Origin: Escherichia coli
GTDB lineage: Bacteria; Pseudomonadota; Gammaproteobacteria; Enterobacterales; Enterobacteriaceae
Assembly (NCBI RefSeq): GCF_024298765.1
Contig: NZ_CP101210.1
Strand: one strand, 5' to 3'
Length of the DNA stretch: 64,000 nt
This document shows, piece by piece, positions 54,292 through 63,693 of this stretch; the stretch's first letter is position 1, and each line of letters begins with the position of its first letter. The translations under genes and the position numbers were made by a program. Below the pieces are notes generated by a model. It was not told the origin of the DNA and made no database searches. It worked only from the letters and a program-made list of their open reading frames with translations.

Positions 54292-56271
54292 TCAGGTGCC
54301 GATTATGCCGCCGTCGGCTTTTACGATAACGACAGTTGAGGAGCGCGGACGACCAGCCTTATCGCCGTCAGGCCAGCTTGATACTGCCGTCGGATGCTGC
54401 GGATCGCTAAGCCCTTCGCTTGGCTCGCCAGGGTGCTGGATGTTAATAAACAGCGTCCGGTTATCCGGAGTGAACGCGATGCCGGTGATTTCGCAGCCGC
54501 GCGGGCCGGTCAGGAAGCGGCGGAACTCATTGGTACCGGGGATCGTCGCCACCATCTGGTTGTTGCCCATGCCTTTGTAATCTTTACTATTGATGGTTGA
54601 TGACGACACGTCGGTCTGGATCCATAGCACGCCGCGGTGATCGAAGCTCAGGCCATCGGCGCTGCCGAATTCCGCCCCCTTCATGCTGCCTTTGGTTTCC
54701 GGTTTGTCCGTATCGGTGCGACCGCCCATCACAAGAATATCCCAGGCAAACTGCAGCGCGGTCGGGTCACCGTTATGCTCCAACCAGTGAATGATGTGGC
54801 CGTAAACGTTTTTGGCGCGCGGGTTGGCCGCATCCACTGGCGCTTTTCCTTCCTTACCGCGATCGCTGTTGTTGGTGAGCGTGCAGTAAACGCTGCCGGC
54901 GTGATATGGATCGACCGCAATCCACTCCGGGCGGTCCATTTTAGTGGCCCCCACGGCGTCTGCCGCCAGACGGGTTTTAATCAACAGGTCGCCCTGGTTT
55001 TCAAACCCTTTACTGGCGTCGAGCCCATTTTGTCCGAACACCAGCGGTAGCCACTCGCCTTTGCCGTCGTCGTTAAATTTCGCCACGTACAGAGTGCCTT
55101 TTTCCAGCAGGTGCATGTTGGCTTTGCGATCCTGCGGGTTGAATTTTCCTTCCGAGACAAATTTATATATGTATTCGAATTTCTGGTCATCGCCCATATA
55201 GACCACAACGCGGTTATCCGGGGCAATTGTCACCGCTGCGCCTTCGTGTTTGATGCGACCAAGCGCGGTGTGCTTGCGCGGCACTGAATGCGGATCGTAT
55301 GGATCGATTTCCACCACCCAGCCGAAGCGGTTCGGCTCGTTCGGCGTGGCGTCGACGCTGAACCTTTTATCCACTTCGTTCCAGCGGTAAGAGTCGTCGC
55401 TCCCGCTGATACCGTAACGTTTTTCCAGCGGGTTCATCTCTGCTTTTTTTACGAAAATATCGGACCAGTTCTCTTCACACGTCAGATAGGTGCCCCACGG
55501 CGTAAATCCGTTGGCACAGTTCTGCATGGTGCCGAGAATGATTTCGCCTTTCGGATCGTCAACTGTTTGCATCAGTGGGTTATGCAGCGCCGGACCGGTG
55601 ATTTTCATCGGCGTGTTAACGGTGATGCGGCGTGCGAAAGATGACGGGCGCACCACTTCCCAGCCCAGGGGCACTTTTTTTACTTCAATGACCGACACGC
55701 CCATCGCGTTCTGGCCTTTAAGAGCTTTATCGGCGCTCCAGTTGGCATCGCCATCTTTAAACAGTAGACCGTTATCGATGTATTCATGGTTTATGGCAAG
55801 CAGGCCGTGATCGGAGCTGTTCCCGCCCTGCGGCAGGCTAAACCACGCCATGCCGTCGTGGTGCATCCCGGCCTGCGCCGCCTGTTCTTCCGTGGTGTTG
55901 CTACCGTCGGTTTTAAAAACCGGCAGATTTCCGGCAATCCCGGTGGCGTCGCCCCATTTGTAGAAGGGCTTCGCGATGTATCCTTCCGGCACGATAACGG
56001 TATCTTCCGTGGAAACCGGCAGGCTGGTGAAACCGAGCGTCGTCGCTTTGCCGAGGTTACCGCTTGCTTTGGAGACCACTTTCGCCAGCGCGTTTTCCTG
56101 TTTCAGCAGAAATGGGAACGCTGCCGCGGCACCGGCGACCGTGCCTGCCTGTAACAGACGGCGGCGTGACAAATAGACTTCCGCCACCTGCGAAAACGCG
56201 CGGTTATCGCTCGGGTTACTGATTTCTTCACTATGCTCACGTTTGAATAAAGTTTTTAACGGTCTGCCCAT
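54292..56271 (-). CDS. PhoX-family (DUF839) alkaline phosphatase-like protein with twin-arginine signal
   Basis: ORF track 659 aa; SRRRLLQAG Tat motif; conserved blocks LAINHEY, GRIKHEGA, MDRPEWIAV, NIQHPGE which I associate with PhoX-type phosphatases. Confidence 0.6.
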   Translation of the reverse strand: MGRPLKTLFKREHSEEISNPSDNRAFSQVAEVYLSRRRLLQAGTVAGAAAAFPFLLKQENALAKVVSKASGNLGKATTLGFTSLPVSTEDTVIVPEGYIAKPFYKWGDATGIAGNLPVFKTDGSNTTEEQAAQAGMHHDGMAWFSLPQGGNSSDHGLLAINHEYIDNGLLFKDGDANWSADKALKGQNAMGVSVIEVKKVPLGWEVVRPSSFARRITVNTPMKITGPALHNPLMQTVDDPKGEIILGTMQNCANGFTPWGTYLTCEENWSDIFVKKAEMNPLEKRYGISGSDDSYRWNEVDKRFSVDATPNEPNRFGWVVEIDPYDPHSVPRKHTALGRIKHEGAAVTIAPDNRVVVYMGDDQKFEYIYKFVSEGKFNPQDRKANMHLLEKGTLYVAKFNDDGKGEWLPLVFGQNGLDASKGFENQGDLLIKTRLAADAVGATKMDRPEWIAVDPYHAGSVYCTLTNNSDRGKEGKAPVDAANPRAKNVYGHIIHWLEHNGDPTALQFAWDILVMGGRTDTDKPETKGSMKGAEFGSADGLSFDHRGVLWIQTDVSSSTINSKDYKGMGNNQMVATIPGTNEFRRFLTGPRGCEITGIAFTPDNRTLFINIQHPGEPSEGLSDPQHPTAVSSWPDGDKAGRPRSSTVVIVKADGGIIGT

Positions 56272-56876
56272 TGCGGTTTCCTTTCAAAAAATCGATTTCA
56301 AGGGGAATCATTTTTATGCACGTGAGTCTACGGAAAGATTGTTACGGAAATATAACAATTGTCATAAAAAACCGGCGATAAAATCATCTATGGTCGGGAC
56401 GCGGTTTCAGGTATGATGTGAGGCTAGAATTCTGAACGCTCTCTTTTGTTGAGCATATATGGACGTCCCAGATGAGGCAAGTACTGGTTCGATGCGGTTT
56501 GCGACCATATATCCGGCGTCGTTAGTAGGTTCAATGACCTGCGCCATGATGTTATCCGGGCCCTATTTCCTAATCACTACACCGGTATTTGATTACCCAG
56601 GTCAACTTCAGACTGTTACAGGGGCGGTAGCCGTTATCTCATCAGTGAATGTAAACTCAGTTAAAAATATTTTCTATAACTTACTGTTTTTCTTTAATTC
56701 ATCACAACGGCCTTCTGCATATTAAAATCAATACTATCGCTCAAAACACGCCAGATGATTCTTGTCAGCTTATTCGCCAGCGCACCAGTGGTTTTCAGGA
56801 ACCCTCGACGGGCTTCCATCCTTTGCAGACAAATACTCAGACTGTCAGTGAGCTTTTTCACACAGCGCATTACAGA

Positions 56877-57288
56877 CTGAAATGGCACACTGAATTTGGT
56901 CACCTGAACAGAGGTGATATGCTCACCTCAGAACAAGACTGGTGCCCTAATGAAAAAAAGAAATTTTAGCGCAGAGTTTAAACGCTAATCCGCCCAACTG
57001 GTTGTTGACCAGAACTATACGGTGGCAGATGCCGCCAAAGCTATGGATATCGGCCTTTCCACAATGACAAGATGGGTCAAACAACTGCGTGATGAGCGTC
57101 AGGGCAAAACACTAAAAGCCTCTCCGATGACACCAGAACAAATCGAAATACGTGAGCTGAGGAAAAAGCTACAACGCATTGAAATGGAGAATGAAATATT
57201 AAAAAGGCTACTGCACTCTTGATGTCAGCCTCCCTGAACAGTTCTCTATAATAGGGAAACTCAGGACACGTTATCCTTTGGTCACTCT
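56877..57288 (+). mobile_element. IS911-like (IS3 family) remnant: left end plus orfA carrying a nonsense codon; orfB absent
   Basis: Left end TGAAATGGCACACTGAATTTGG..; orfA reads MKKRNFSAEFKR* then ..[39 protein letters not shown]; element ends abruptly near 57288. Confidence 0.7.
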
Positions 57289-58160
57289 CTGTGTAGTGGA
57301 TCGGTAATTCAGGACACCTCATTTTCACTGTTAATGTTAAAAAGTGAAAATGAGGTGATGCATGATCAAAACTCGTCGGACTAAACGTACCTTTTCCCCG
57401 GAGTTCAAGCTTGAAGCTATCGAACAGGTGGTTAAATACCAGCGTGATGTCAGAGAAGTCGCGCTGGCACTCGAGCTCAACCCTGACCATTTGCGTAAAT
57501 AGATACGGTTGTATAAGCAGGAACTTCAGGGTATTGAGCCCGCTGGTAATGCTATTACTCCTGAACAACGCTAAATTAAGCAGCTTAAAGCGCAGATAAA
57601 GCGCCCTGAGATGGAAAAAGAAATACTAAAGCAGGCTGCCGTGCTGATGAGCGAAATCCCCGGGGAAACTGTCGCGCTAATCACACAGCTGAAAGCAAAG
57701 TGGCCAGTGCGGGTTCTTTGTCATTTATTCGGTATTCACCGTAGCATTTATTACGCGCAGGTGAAGCGTCCTGTTAATGTGCAAAGAATTGAATTACGAA
57801 GTCGGGTGAGGGCTGTCCATGCTCTCAGTCGTGGCGCAGTCGGTAGCCGGGCAATCAGTCAGATGTTGCGCCATAGTGGCGTTGATGCAGGCCGGTGGCT
57901 GGCACGACGACTGATGCGGGAATGCGGGCTGACAAGTCGACAGCCAGTTAAACATCACTACCGGGTAAACGAAGACAAAAGTCCGCCATTGCCAAATTTA
58001 CTGAACCGGCAATTTCACCCCGCCGCACCAAACCGCGTCTGGTGCGGCAACATCAGTTTTATTCGCCTGCAGGACAAATGGTGTTATCTCGCACTCGTTG
58101 TTGATTTATATTCACGGCGGATTATCGGTTCAGCCCTCTCATTAACCGCTGATGCTGAGT
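57289..58160 (+). mobile_element. Degenerate IS3-family element: orfA with two in-frame stops, orfB truncated by IS66 insertion
   Basis: orfA from ATG 57362 MIKTRRTKRTFSPEFKLEAIEQV.. with TAG and TAA stops; orfB fragment (ORF 57611..58165) ..RVWCGNISFIRLQDKWCYLALVVDLYSRRIIG.. ends where IS66 end begins. Confidence 0.6.
57316..57357 (+). promoter_or_regulatory. Perfect 15-bp stem hairpin overlapping the ribosome-binding site of the IS3-family orfA
   Basis: CACCTCATTTTCACT-(12 nt)-AGTGAAAATGAGGTG; the 3' arm contains GAGGTG 5 nt upstream of ATG at 57362. Confidence 0.5.
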
Positions 58161-58198
58161 TGTAAGCGTACAGCGAGGGCCGTATTGACGGGGATGTG

Positions 58199-59736
58199 TT
58201 ATTCAGCTGGCAGTGCTATGCGCCACGGAAGCAGTTCGCTGACCCGGTTGACCGGCCAGTCTGCTATGACGCCAAGCACATGGCGAAGGTAACTTTCTGG
58301 ATCCACGTCATTCAGTTTGCACGTCCCTATCAGGCTGTACAGTAGCGCTCCCCGCTCACCACCATGGCCAGAGCCGAAGAACAGGAAGTTTTTACGACCC
58401 AGACTTACCGCCCGCAGGGCATTTTCAGCGATGTTGTTGTCGATTTCCACCCAGCCATCGTTCGCATAGTACGTCAGTGCCGGCCACTGGTTAAGTGCGT
58501 ACGCGAACGCCTTCGCCAACTCTGAGTGTCGCGACAGGGTCTTCATCTTTTCACGCAACCAGCTTTCCAGGGATTTCAACAGCGGTTTCGTTTTTCGCTG
58601 ACGTTCAGCAAGCCGCTGCTCTGCCGGCATTCCCCTTATATCCGCCTCTATGGCGTACAACTGACCGATCTGCTCCAGGGCTTCTTCCGTCAGTGCTGAC
58701 GGGATGCGGACGTGCACATCGTGGATCTTTCGGCGGGCATGAGCCCAGCAGGCAGCTTCCGTTATCCCACCATTGCGATACAGCTCGTTGAACCCGGCGT
58801 ACGCATCCGCTTGCAGCACACCGCTGAAGCAAGCAAGATGAGTCTGCGGATGGATGCCTTTTCTGTCCGGGCTGTAAGCGAACCACACTGCAGGTGCCAA
58901 CGCTGACCCGGCATTGCGGTCATCACGAACATACGCCCACAACCGCCCGGTCTTCGTCTTCTTATTACCCGGCATCAGTACCTGGACCGGGGTATCATCG
59001 GCATGGAGTTTGCCGTCAGTCATGACATAGCCATGAAGCGCCTCTTCCAGCGGAGACAGCAGCCGGCAGCATGCATCCACCCAGCCCGACAGCAGTGAAC
59101 GGCTCAGCTCCACACCTTGCCGGCCGTATATTTCTGACTGGCGATACAGCGGGGTGTGCTCTGCATACTTCGAGGTCAGCACGCGGGCCAGCAGCCCCGG
59201 TCCGGCGATACCCCGCTCGATGGGCCGCGAAGGTGCAGGTGCCTGCACGATGGCATCGCACTGAGTACAGGCATGTTTTTCCCGTACCGTCCGGATAACC
59301 CGGAAGGCGCTACGCATCAACTCCAGCTGTTCGGCGGTATCCTCGCCCAGATAGCTCAGTGAACCGCCGCAGTTCGGGCAGCACGGCGCCGCAGGCAACA
59401 GTCGCTTTTCGTCACGGGGTAGTGATTCAGGGAACGGCTTACGGATGCGGGTCTGACGCAACGGACGCTGTACTGCGGGTCATACACCCTACCAGTCAGC
59501 GTATCGCTCTCTTTCTGAAGCCGGTTCAGATCGGCTTCCATTTGTGCGATACGGCGGGAGACTTTTTCGGAACGACTGCCGAAGTTCATCCGGCGGAGTT
59601 TATCCAGCTGCGCCTGCAGATGGTCTATTTCGCGCTCCCGGTTGCTCAGCTTTTCCTGCAGGGCGTGGATCAGCGCTTCCTGTTCGGCCAGGCGCTGTTT
59701 CAGCAGGAAGATGTCGTCAGAAGAGATGTCGTTCAT
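58199..59736 (-). pseudogene. IS66-family TnpC transposase, split by a frameshift
   Basis: N-terminal 126-aa ORF (59356..59736) and 420-aa ORF (58199..59461) overlap in different frames; together about 530 aa. Confidence 0.7.
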
Positions 59737-59785
59737 AAGCCCGTATTTTACCGGGCTTATTCTGTGACAACCAGGATAAAGAGAT

Positions 59786-60133
59786 TTACAGCATGGTCAG
59801 GGAGGTCAGCAGCCGCTTAGGCTGTCGCCAGTCGATACCTTCCAGCAGCATCGCCAGCTGCGCCTGTGTAAGGAACACTTTGCCATCACGGGCTGACGGC
59901 CAGGCGAAGCGCCCACGCTCCAGCCGTTTGGTCAGGAGGCACAGTCCGTCACCGGTGGACCACAGCAGTTTAACCTGACTGCCGCTGCGGCCCCGGAAAA
60001 TGAAAACATGGCCGGACATGGGATCGTCTTTCAGCGCCGTCTGTACTTTCGCAGCCAGGCCGTTGAAGCCATTTCTCATATCGGTGATACCGGCAACCAG
60101 CCAAATTTTGGTCCCGGAAGGTAACGGGATCAT
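59786..60133 (-). CDS. IS66-family TnpB (orfB)
   Basis: ORF track 115 aa MIPLPSGTKIWLVAGITDMRNGFNGLAAKVQ.., characteristic IS66 orfB. Confidence 0.8.
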   Translation of the reverse strand: MIPLPSGTKIWLVAGITDMRNGFNGLAAKVQTALKDDPMSGHVFIFRGRSGSQVKLLWSTGDGLCLLTKRLERGRFAWPSARDGKVFLTQAQLAMLLEGIDWRQPKRLLTSLTML

Positions 60134-60531
60134 CGCTTCAGTTCCTGTATCAGCAGAGTCAGGAGCTTTTCGCTGACATTGCCATTGAAGCGGAGCGTCC
60201 CGTGCCGGAACGTTACCTCACAGCTGATACTGAGGGTTTCCGGGTCCTCTGCGAGCGATTCTGGCTGTTCGGCAGCTGCATCGAGAGTCACAGGAAGTAG
60301 CTGGGGGCTCTCTGAAGAAGGTAATATCAGCTTTCCCTCGCGCCATTGTTGTCGCCATTTGAACAACAGATTGGCGTTAATGCCATTTTCAAGAGCAAGT
60401 TTTGAGATGTATATCCCGGGTTCACAGGAGGCAGCAACGAGCTGCTGTTTAAATTCGGGAGGATAATTAGGGCAGCCTTTTCGCCTGCCGGGAGTCACAT
60501 TTTTCTGCATATCTGACACTTTGGTTCCCAC
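60130..60531 (-). CDS. IS66-family TnpA (orfA)
   Basis: ORF track 133 aa, HTH-type N-terminus; first gene of IS66 operon. Confidence 0.7.
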   Translation of the reverse strand: MGTKVSDMQKNVTPGRRKGCPNYPPEFKQQLVAASCEPGIYISKLALENGINANLLFKWRQQWREGKLILPSSESPQLLPVTLDAAAEQPESLAEDPETLSISCEVTFRHGTLRFNGNVSEKLLTLLIQELKR

Positions 60532-60587
60532 TACTTATTTGAAGTGCGCCCCAATAGTTAGACACCAGATCTGTAACTGAGGAGCGT

Positions 60588-60943
60588 ATGAGCAAATTTT
60601 CATTAGAATTCAAAAGGGAAGTATCAGAAAAATACCTGGAAGGTGAGCTGAGTTTGAAGTCTGTTGGAAAAATGTACAATATTGACCCCAGCACGGTAAG
60701 GAAATGGGCTTATGTTTACCGTAAGCACGGATTAAAAACACTGACTGGGCAAAAAAGACGTTATGACGATAACTTCAGATTGAATGTGGTCAGAGATGTT
60801 ATTGATAATTCTCTTTCTATAAGGGAAGCTGCAGTGAAGTATGGGATCCCTGCTTTTAACACCATATCCAAATGGATTAAAAAATACAGTGAGGTTGATT
60901 TTTCGATGAAGGGACAAAAGGAAGATTTGAGGCCGAAAACTCC
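60588..60943 (+). pseudogene. IS3-family (IS150-like) orfA-type double-HTH transposase gene, interrupted by IS1
   Basis: ORF track 125 aa MSKFSLEFKREVSEKYLEGELSLKSVGKMYNIDPSTVRKW..; last codons derive from the IS1 left end at 60944. Confidence 0.55.
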
Positions 60944-60998
60944 GGTGATGCTGCCAACTTACTGATTTAGTGTATGATGGTGTTTTTGAGGTGCTCCA

Positions 60999-61274
60999 GT
61001 GGCTTCTGTTTCTATCAGCTGTCCCTCCTGTTCAGCTACTGACGGGGTGGTGCGTAACGGCAAAAGCACCGCCGGACATCAGCGCTATCTCTGCTCTCAC
61101 TGCCGTAAAACATGGCAACTGCAGTTCACTTACACCGCTTCTCAACCCGGTACGCACCAGAAAATCATTGATATGGCCATGAATGGCGTTGGATGCCGGG
61201 CAACAGCCCGCATTATGGGCGTTGGCCTCAACACGATTTTACGTCACTTAAAAAACTCAGGCCGCAGTCGGTAA
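60999..61274 (+). CDS. insA: IS1 InsA
   Basis: ORF track 91 aa [40 protein letters not shown].. Confidence 0.9.
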
Positions 61275-61696
61275 CCTCGCGCATACAGCCGGGCAGTGAT
61301 GTGATTGTCTGCGCTGAAATGGACGAACAGTGGGGCTACGTCGGTGCTAAATCACGTCAGCGATGGCTGTTTTACGCGTATGACAGGATACGGAGGACGG
61401 TTGTGGCGCACGTCTTCGGTGAACGCACTCTGGCCACACTGGAGCGTCTTCTGAGCCTGCTGTCGGCCTTTGAGGTCGTGGTATAGATGACGGATGGCTG
61501 GCCGCTGTATGAATCACGCCTGAAGGGAAAGCTGCACGTTATCAGCAAGCGTTACACTCAGCGCATTGAGCGACATAATCTGAATCTGAGACAACATCTG
61601 GCAAGGCTGGGACGGAAGTTACTGTCGTTCTCAAAATCGGTGGAGTTGCATGACAAGGTCATCGGGCATTATCTGAACATAAAACACTATCAGTAA
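61193..61696 (+). pseudogene. insB: IS1 InsB interrupted by in-frame TAG
   Basis: Track splits InsB into 61193..61486 (..LSAFEVVV*) and 61487..61696 ([12 protein letters not shown]..); sequence GTGGTATAGATGACGG where canonical IS1 has a Trp codon as I recall. Confidence 0.7.
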
Positions 61697-61837
61697 GTTG
61701 GAGTCATTACCTCCTCCCGAACTCAAAGCTATCATACAGATAATTACTGGTTAACCCTATATAGGGCATTTTAAAGTGTTGTGATCTTACCCAGCAATAG
61801 TGGACACGCGGCTAAGTGAGTAAACTCTCAGTCAGAG

Positions 61838-62143
61838 GTGACTCACAAGACAAAACAGTTTCAACCAGTAAAAAAACGTAAACAGCATTCGCCTGAATTT
61901 CTCAGTGAAGCCCTGAAACTTGCTGAACGCATCGGTGTTGCTGCCGCAGCCCGTGAACTCAGCCTGTATGAATCACAGCTCTATGCGTGGCGCAGCAAAC
62001 TGCAGCAACAAATGAGTTCGTCAGAGCGTGAAAGTGAACTGGCCGCTGAAAATGCCCGCCTGAAGCGGCAACTGGCGGAGCAGGCAGAGGAACTGGCTAT
62101 CCTCCAAAAGGCCGCGACATACTTTGCGAATCGTCTGAAATGA
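61838..62143 (+). CDS. IS3 OrfA (HTH protein); canonical ATG appears replaced, GTG start only
   Basis: ORF track 101 aa ..[57 protein letters not shown]. Confidence 0.65.
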   Translation: MTHKTKQFQPVKKRKQHSPEFLSEALKLAERIGVAAAARELSLYESQLYAWRSKLQQQMSSSERESELAAENARLKRQLAEQAEELAILQKAATYFANRLK

Positions 62144-63006
62144 AGTATGTCTTTATTGAAAAACATCAGGCTGAGTTCAGCATCAAAGCAATGTGCCGCG
62201 TGCTCCGGGTGGCCCGCAGCGGCTGGTATACGTGGTGTCAGCGGCGGACAAGGATAAGCACGCGTCAGCAGTTCCGCCAACACTGCGACAGCGTTGTCCT
62301 CGCGGCTTTTACCCGGTCAAAACAGCGTTACGGTGCCCCACGCCTGACGGATGAACTGCGTGCTCAGGGTTACCCCTTTAACGTAAAAACCGTGGCGGCA
62401 AGCCTGCGCCGTCAGGGACTGAGGGCAAAGGCCTCCCGGAAGTTCAGCCCGGTCAGCTACCGCGCACACGGCCTGCCTGTGTCAGAAAATCTGTTGGAGC
62501 AGGATTTTTACGCCAGTGGCCCGAACCAGAAGTGGGCAGGAGACATCACGTACTTACGTACAGATGAAGGCTGGCTGTATCTGGCAGTGGTCATTGACCT
62601 GTGGTCACGTGCCGTTATTGGCTGGTCAATGTCGCCACGCATGACGGCGCAACTGGCCTGCGATGCCCTGCAGATGGCGCTGTGGCGGCGTAAGAGGCCC
62701 CGGAACGTTATCGTTCACACGGACCGTGGAGGCCAGTACTGTTCAGCAGATTATCAGGCGCAACTGAAGCGGCATAATCTGCGTGGAAGTATGAGCGCAA
62801 AAGGTTGCTGCTACGATAATGCCTGCGTGGAAAGCTTCTTTCATTCGCTGAAAGTGGAATGTATCCATGGAGAACACTTTATCAGCCGGGAAATAATGCG
62901 GGCAACGGTGTTTAATTATATCGAATGTGATTACAATCGGTGGCGGCGGCACAGTTGGTGTGGCGGCCTCAGTCCGGAACAATTTGAAAACCAGAACCTC
63001 GCTTAG
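62140..63006 (+). CDS. IS3 OrfB (DDE transposase catalytic part)
   Basis: ORF track 288 aa with rve-domain motifs (..[39 protein letters not shown]..). Confidence 0.85.
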   Translation: MKYVFIEKHQAEFSIKAMCRVLRVARSGWYTWCQRRTRISTRQQFRQHCDSVVLAAFTRSKQRYGAPRLTDELRAQGYPFNVKTVAASLRRQGLRAKASRKFSPVSYRAHGLPVSENLLEQDFYASGPNQKWAGDITYLRTDEGWLYLAVVIDLWSRAVIGWSMSPRMTAQLACDALQMALWRRKRPRNVIVHTDRGGQYCSADYQAQLKRHNLRGSMSAKGCCYDNACVESFFHSLKVECIHGEHFISREIMRATVFNYIECDYNRWRRHSWCGGLSPEQFENQNLA

Positions 63007-63019
63007 GCCTGTGTCCATA

Positions 63020-63685
63020 TTACGTGGGTAGGATCACTAAGCCAGGAATTAAGTCATTTAAAGATATTTCAAATTCACTGGCAATCGTATCTAATCCTTC
63101 CTTATCAATAGATTCAAGCCATAAATTATAATCAATAGGAAGAAGCAACGGATGAGTAAAGTTCAATCTATTTACTAAAGATGATTTAGTATACTCATCA
63201 TTACTTAGCTCTCCAATAAATTCATTATTTATAGAAACAGCATAGTTCTTTATATATGCTGCTCTGTGCAATTGTGACCATGCGATTTTAAACTCTACAT
63301 AAACCTTTTCAGTTTCATCTGCAATGTCTTTCATTTTTATAAAATGAATATCGAAAATATCACCAAGTTCTTCTAAATATGTTTTATATTCTACACCTAT
63401 TGTTTGTTCAGGATCGAAACCGATACCAATAGTAATTACATTATTCAGATCCCCATTATGGACTAGAGATCTAAATCCATCTATGCGCCTGTTCCCCATA
63501 GCTTCTAAATATATAGGATCACACTGCTCACGGTCTAATATTTGTTGAAGATAAAATAATGCAATTAAAATAGTAGTCTTGCCCGCGCTGTTTGGCCCCA
63601 ATAGTAATGTTACAGGTGCAAAATCAATTTCCTGCCGCTCTCTAACAGATCTGAAATTTTCAAGTACAAGTTTAGTTAATTTCAT
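63020..63685 (-). CDS. ABC-type (AAA_15/AAA_21-like) ATPase, N-terminal 221 aa; reading frame terminated inside IS3 right end (likely truncated)
   Basis: MKLTKLVLENFRSVRERQEIDFAPVTLLLGPNSAGKTT Walker A; stop codon lies within the IS3 terminal sequence; AT-rich. Confidence 0.6.
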   Translation of the reverse strand: MKLTKLVLENFRSVRERQEIDFAPVTLLLGPNSAGKTTILIALFYLQQILDREQCDPIYLEAMGNRRIDGFRSLVHNGDLNNVITIGIGFDPEQTIGVEYKTYLEELGDIFDIHFIKMKDIADETEKVYVEFKIAWSQLHRAAYIKNYAVSINNEFIGELSNDEYTKSSLVNRLNFTHPLLLPIDYNLWLESIDKEGLDTIASEFEISLNDLIPGLVILPT

Positions 63686-63693
63686 AATGAACC

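Larger units (their letters stand above)
58161..60560 (-). mobile_element. IS66-family insertion sequence (tnpA-tnpB-tnpC), left boundary approximate
   Basis: End sequence GTAAGCG.. at 58161; three minus-strand ORFs in typical IS66 order; left end not precisely identifiable. Confidence 0.7.
60944..61711 (+). mobile_element. IS1 (768 bp)
   Basis: Left end GGTGATGCTGCCAACTTACTGAT and right end ..ATCAGTAAGTTGGAGTCATTACC; insA and insB frames; A6C slippery site present. Confidence 0.9.
61782..63036 (+). mobile_element. IS3 (IS3 family) copy
   Basis: Ends TGATCTTACCCAGCAATAGTGGACACGCGG.. and ..TACGTGGGTAGGATCA; orfA/orfB arrangement. Confidence 0.85.

Noticed and set aside
56272-56400. Possible Pho box upstream of the PhoX-like gene
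   Set aside because: Only loose TGTCAT/TTGTTA-like words; no convincing pair of 7-bp direct repeats at the right spacing from a -10 element by eye; needs a motif scan
56459-56725. 88-aa plus-strand ORF between PhoX-like gene and IS911-like remnant
   Set aside because: No recognisable motif; the region more likely contains the truncated 3' end of a minus-strand gene disrupted by the IS911-like insertion
56694-56903. 69-aa minus-strand ORF with ..GALANKLTRIIWRVL.. that could be a transposase C-terminus
   Set aside because: Its first codons derive from the IS911-like terminal sequence, so it is a chimeric frame; family assignment not supportable from this short fragment
60532-60587. Exact left terminal inverted repeat of the IS66-family element
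   Set aside because: Could not find a sequence matching the right-end GTAAGCG.. repeat by eye, so the left boundary is left approximate
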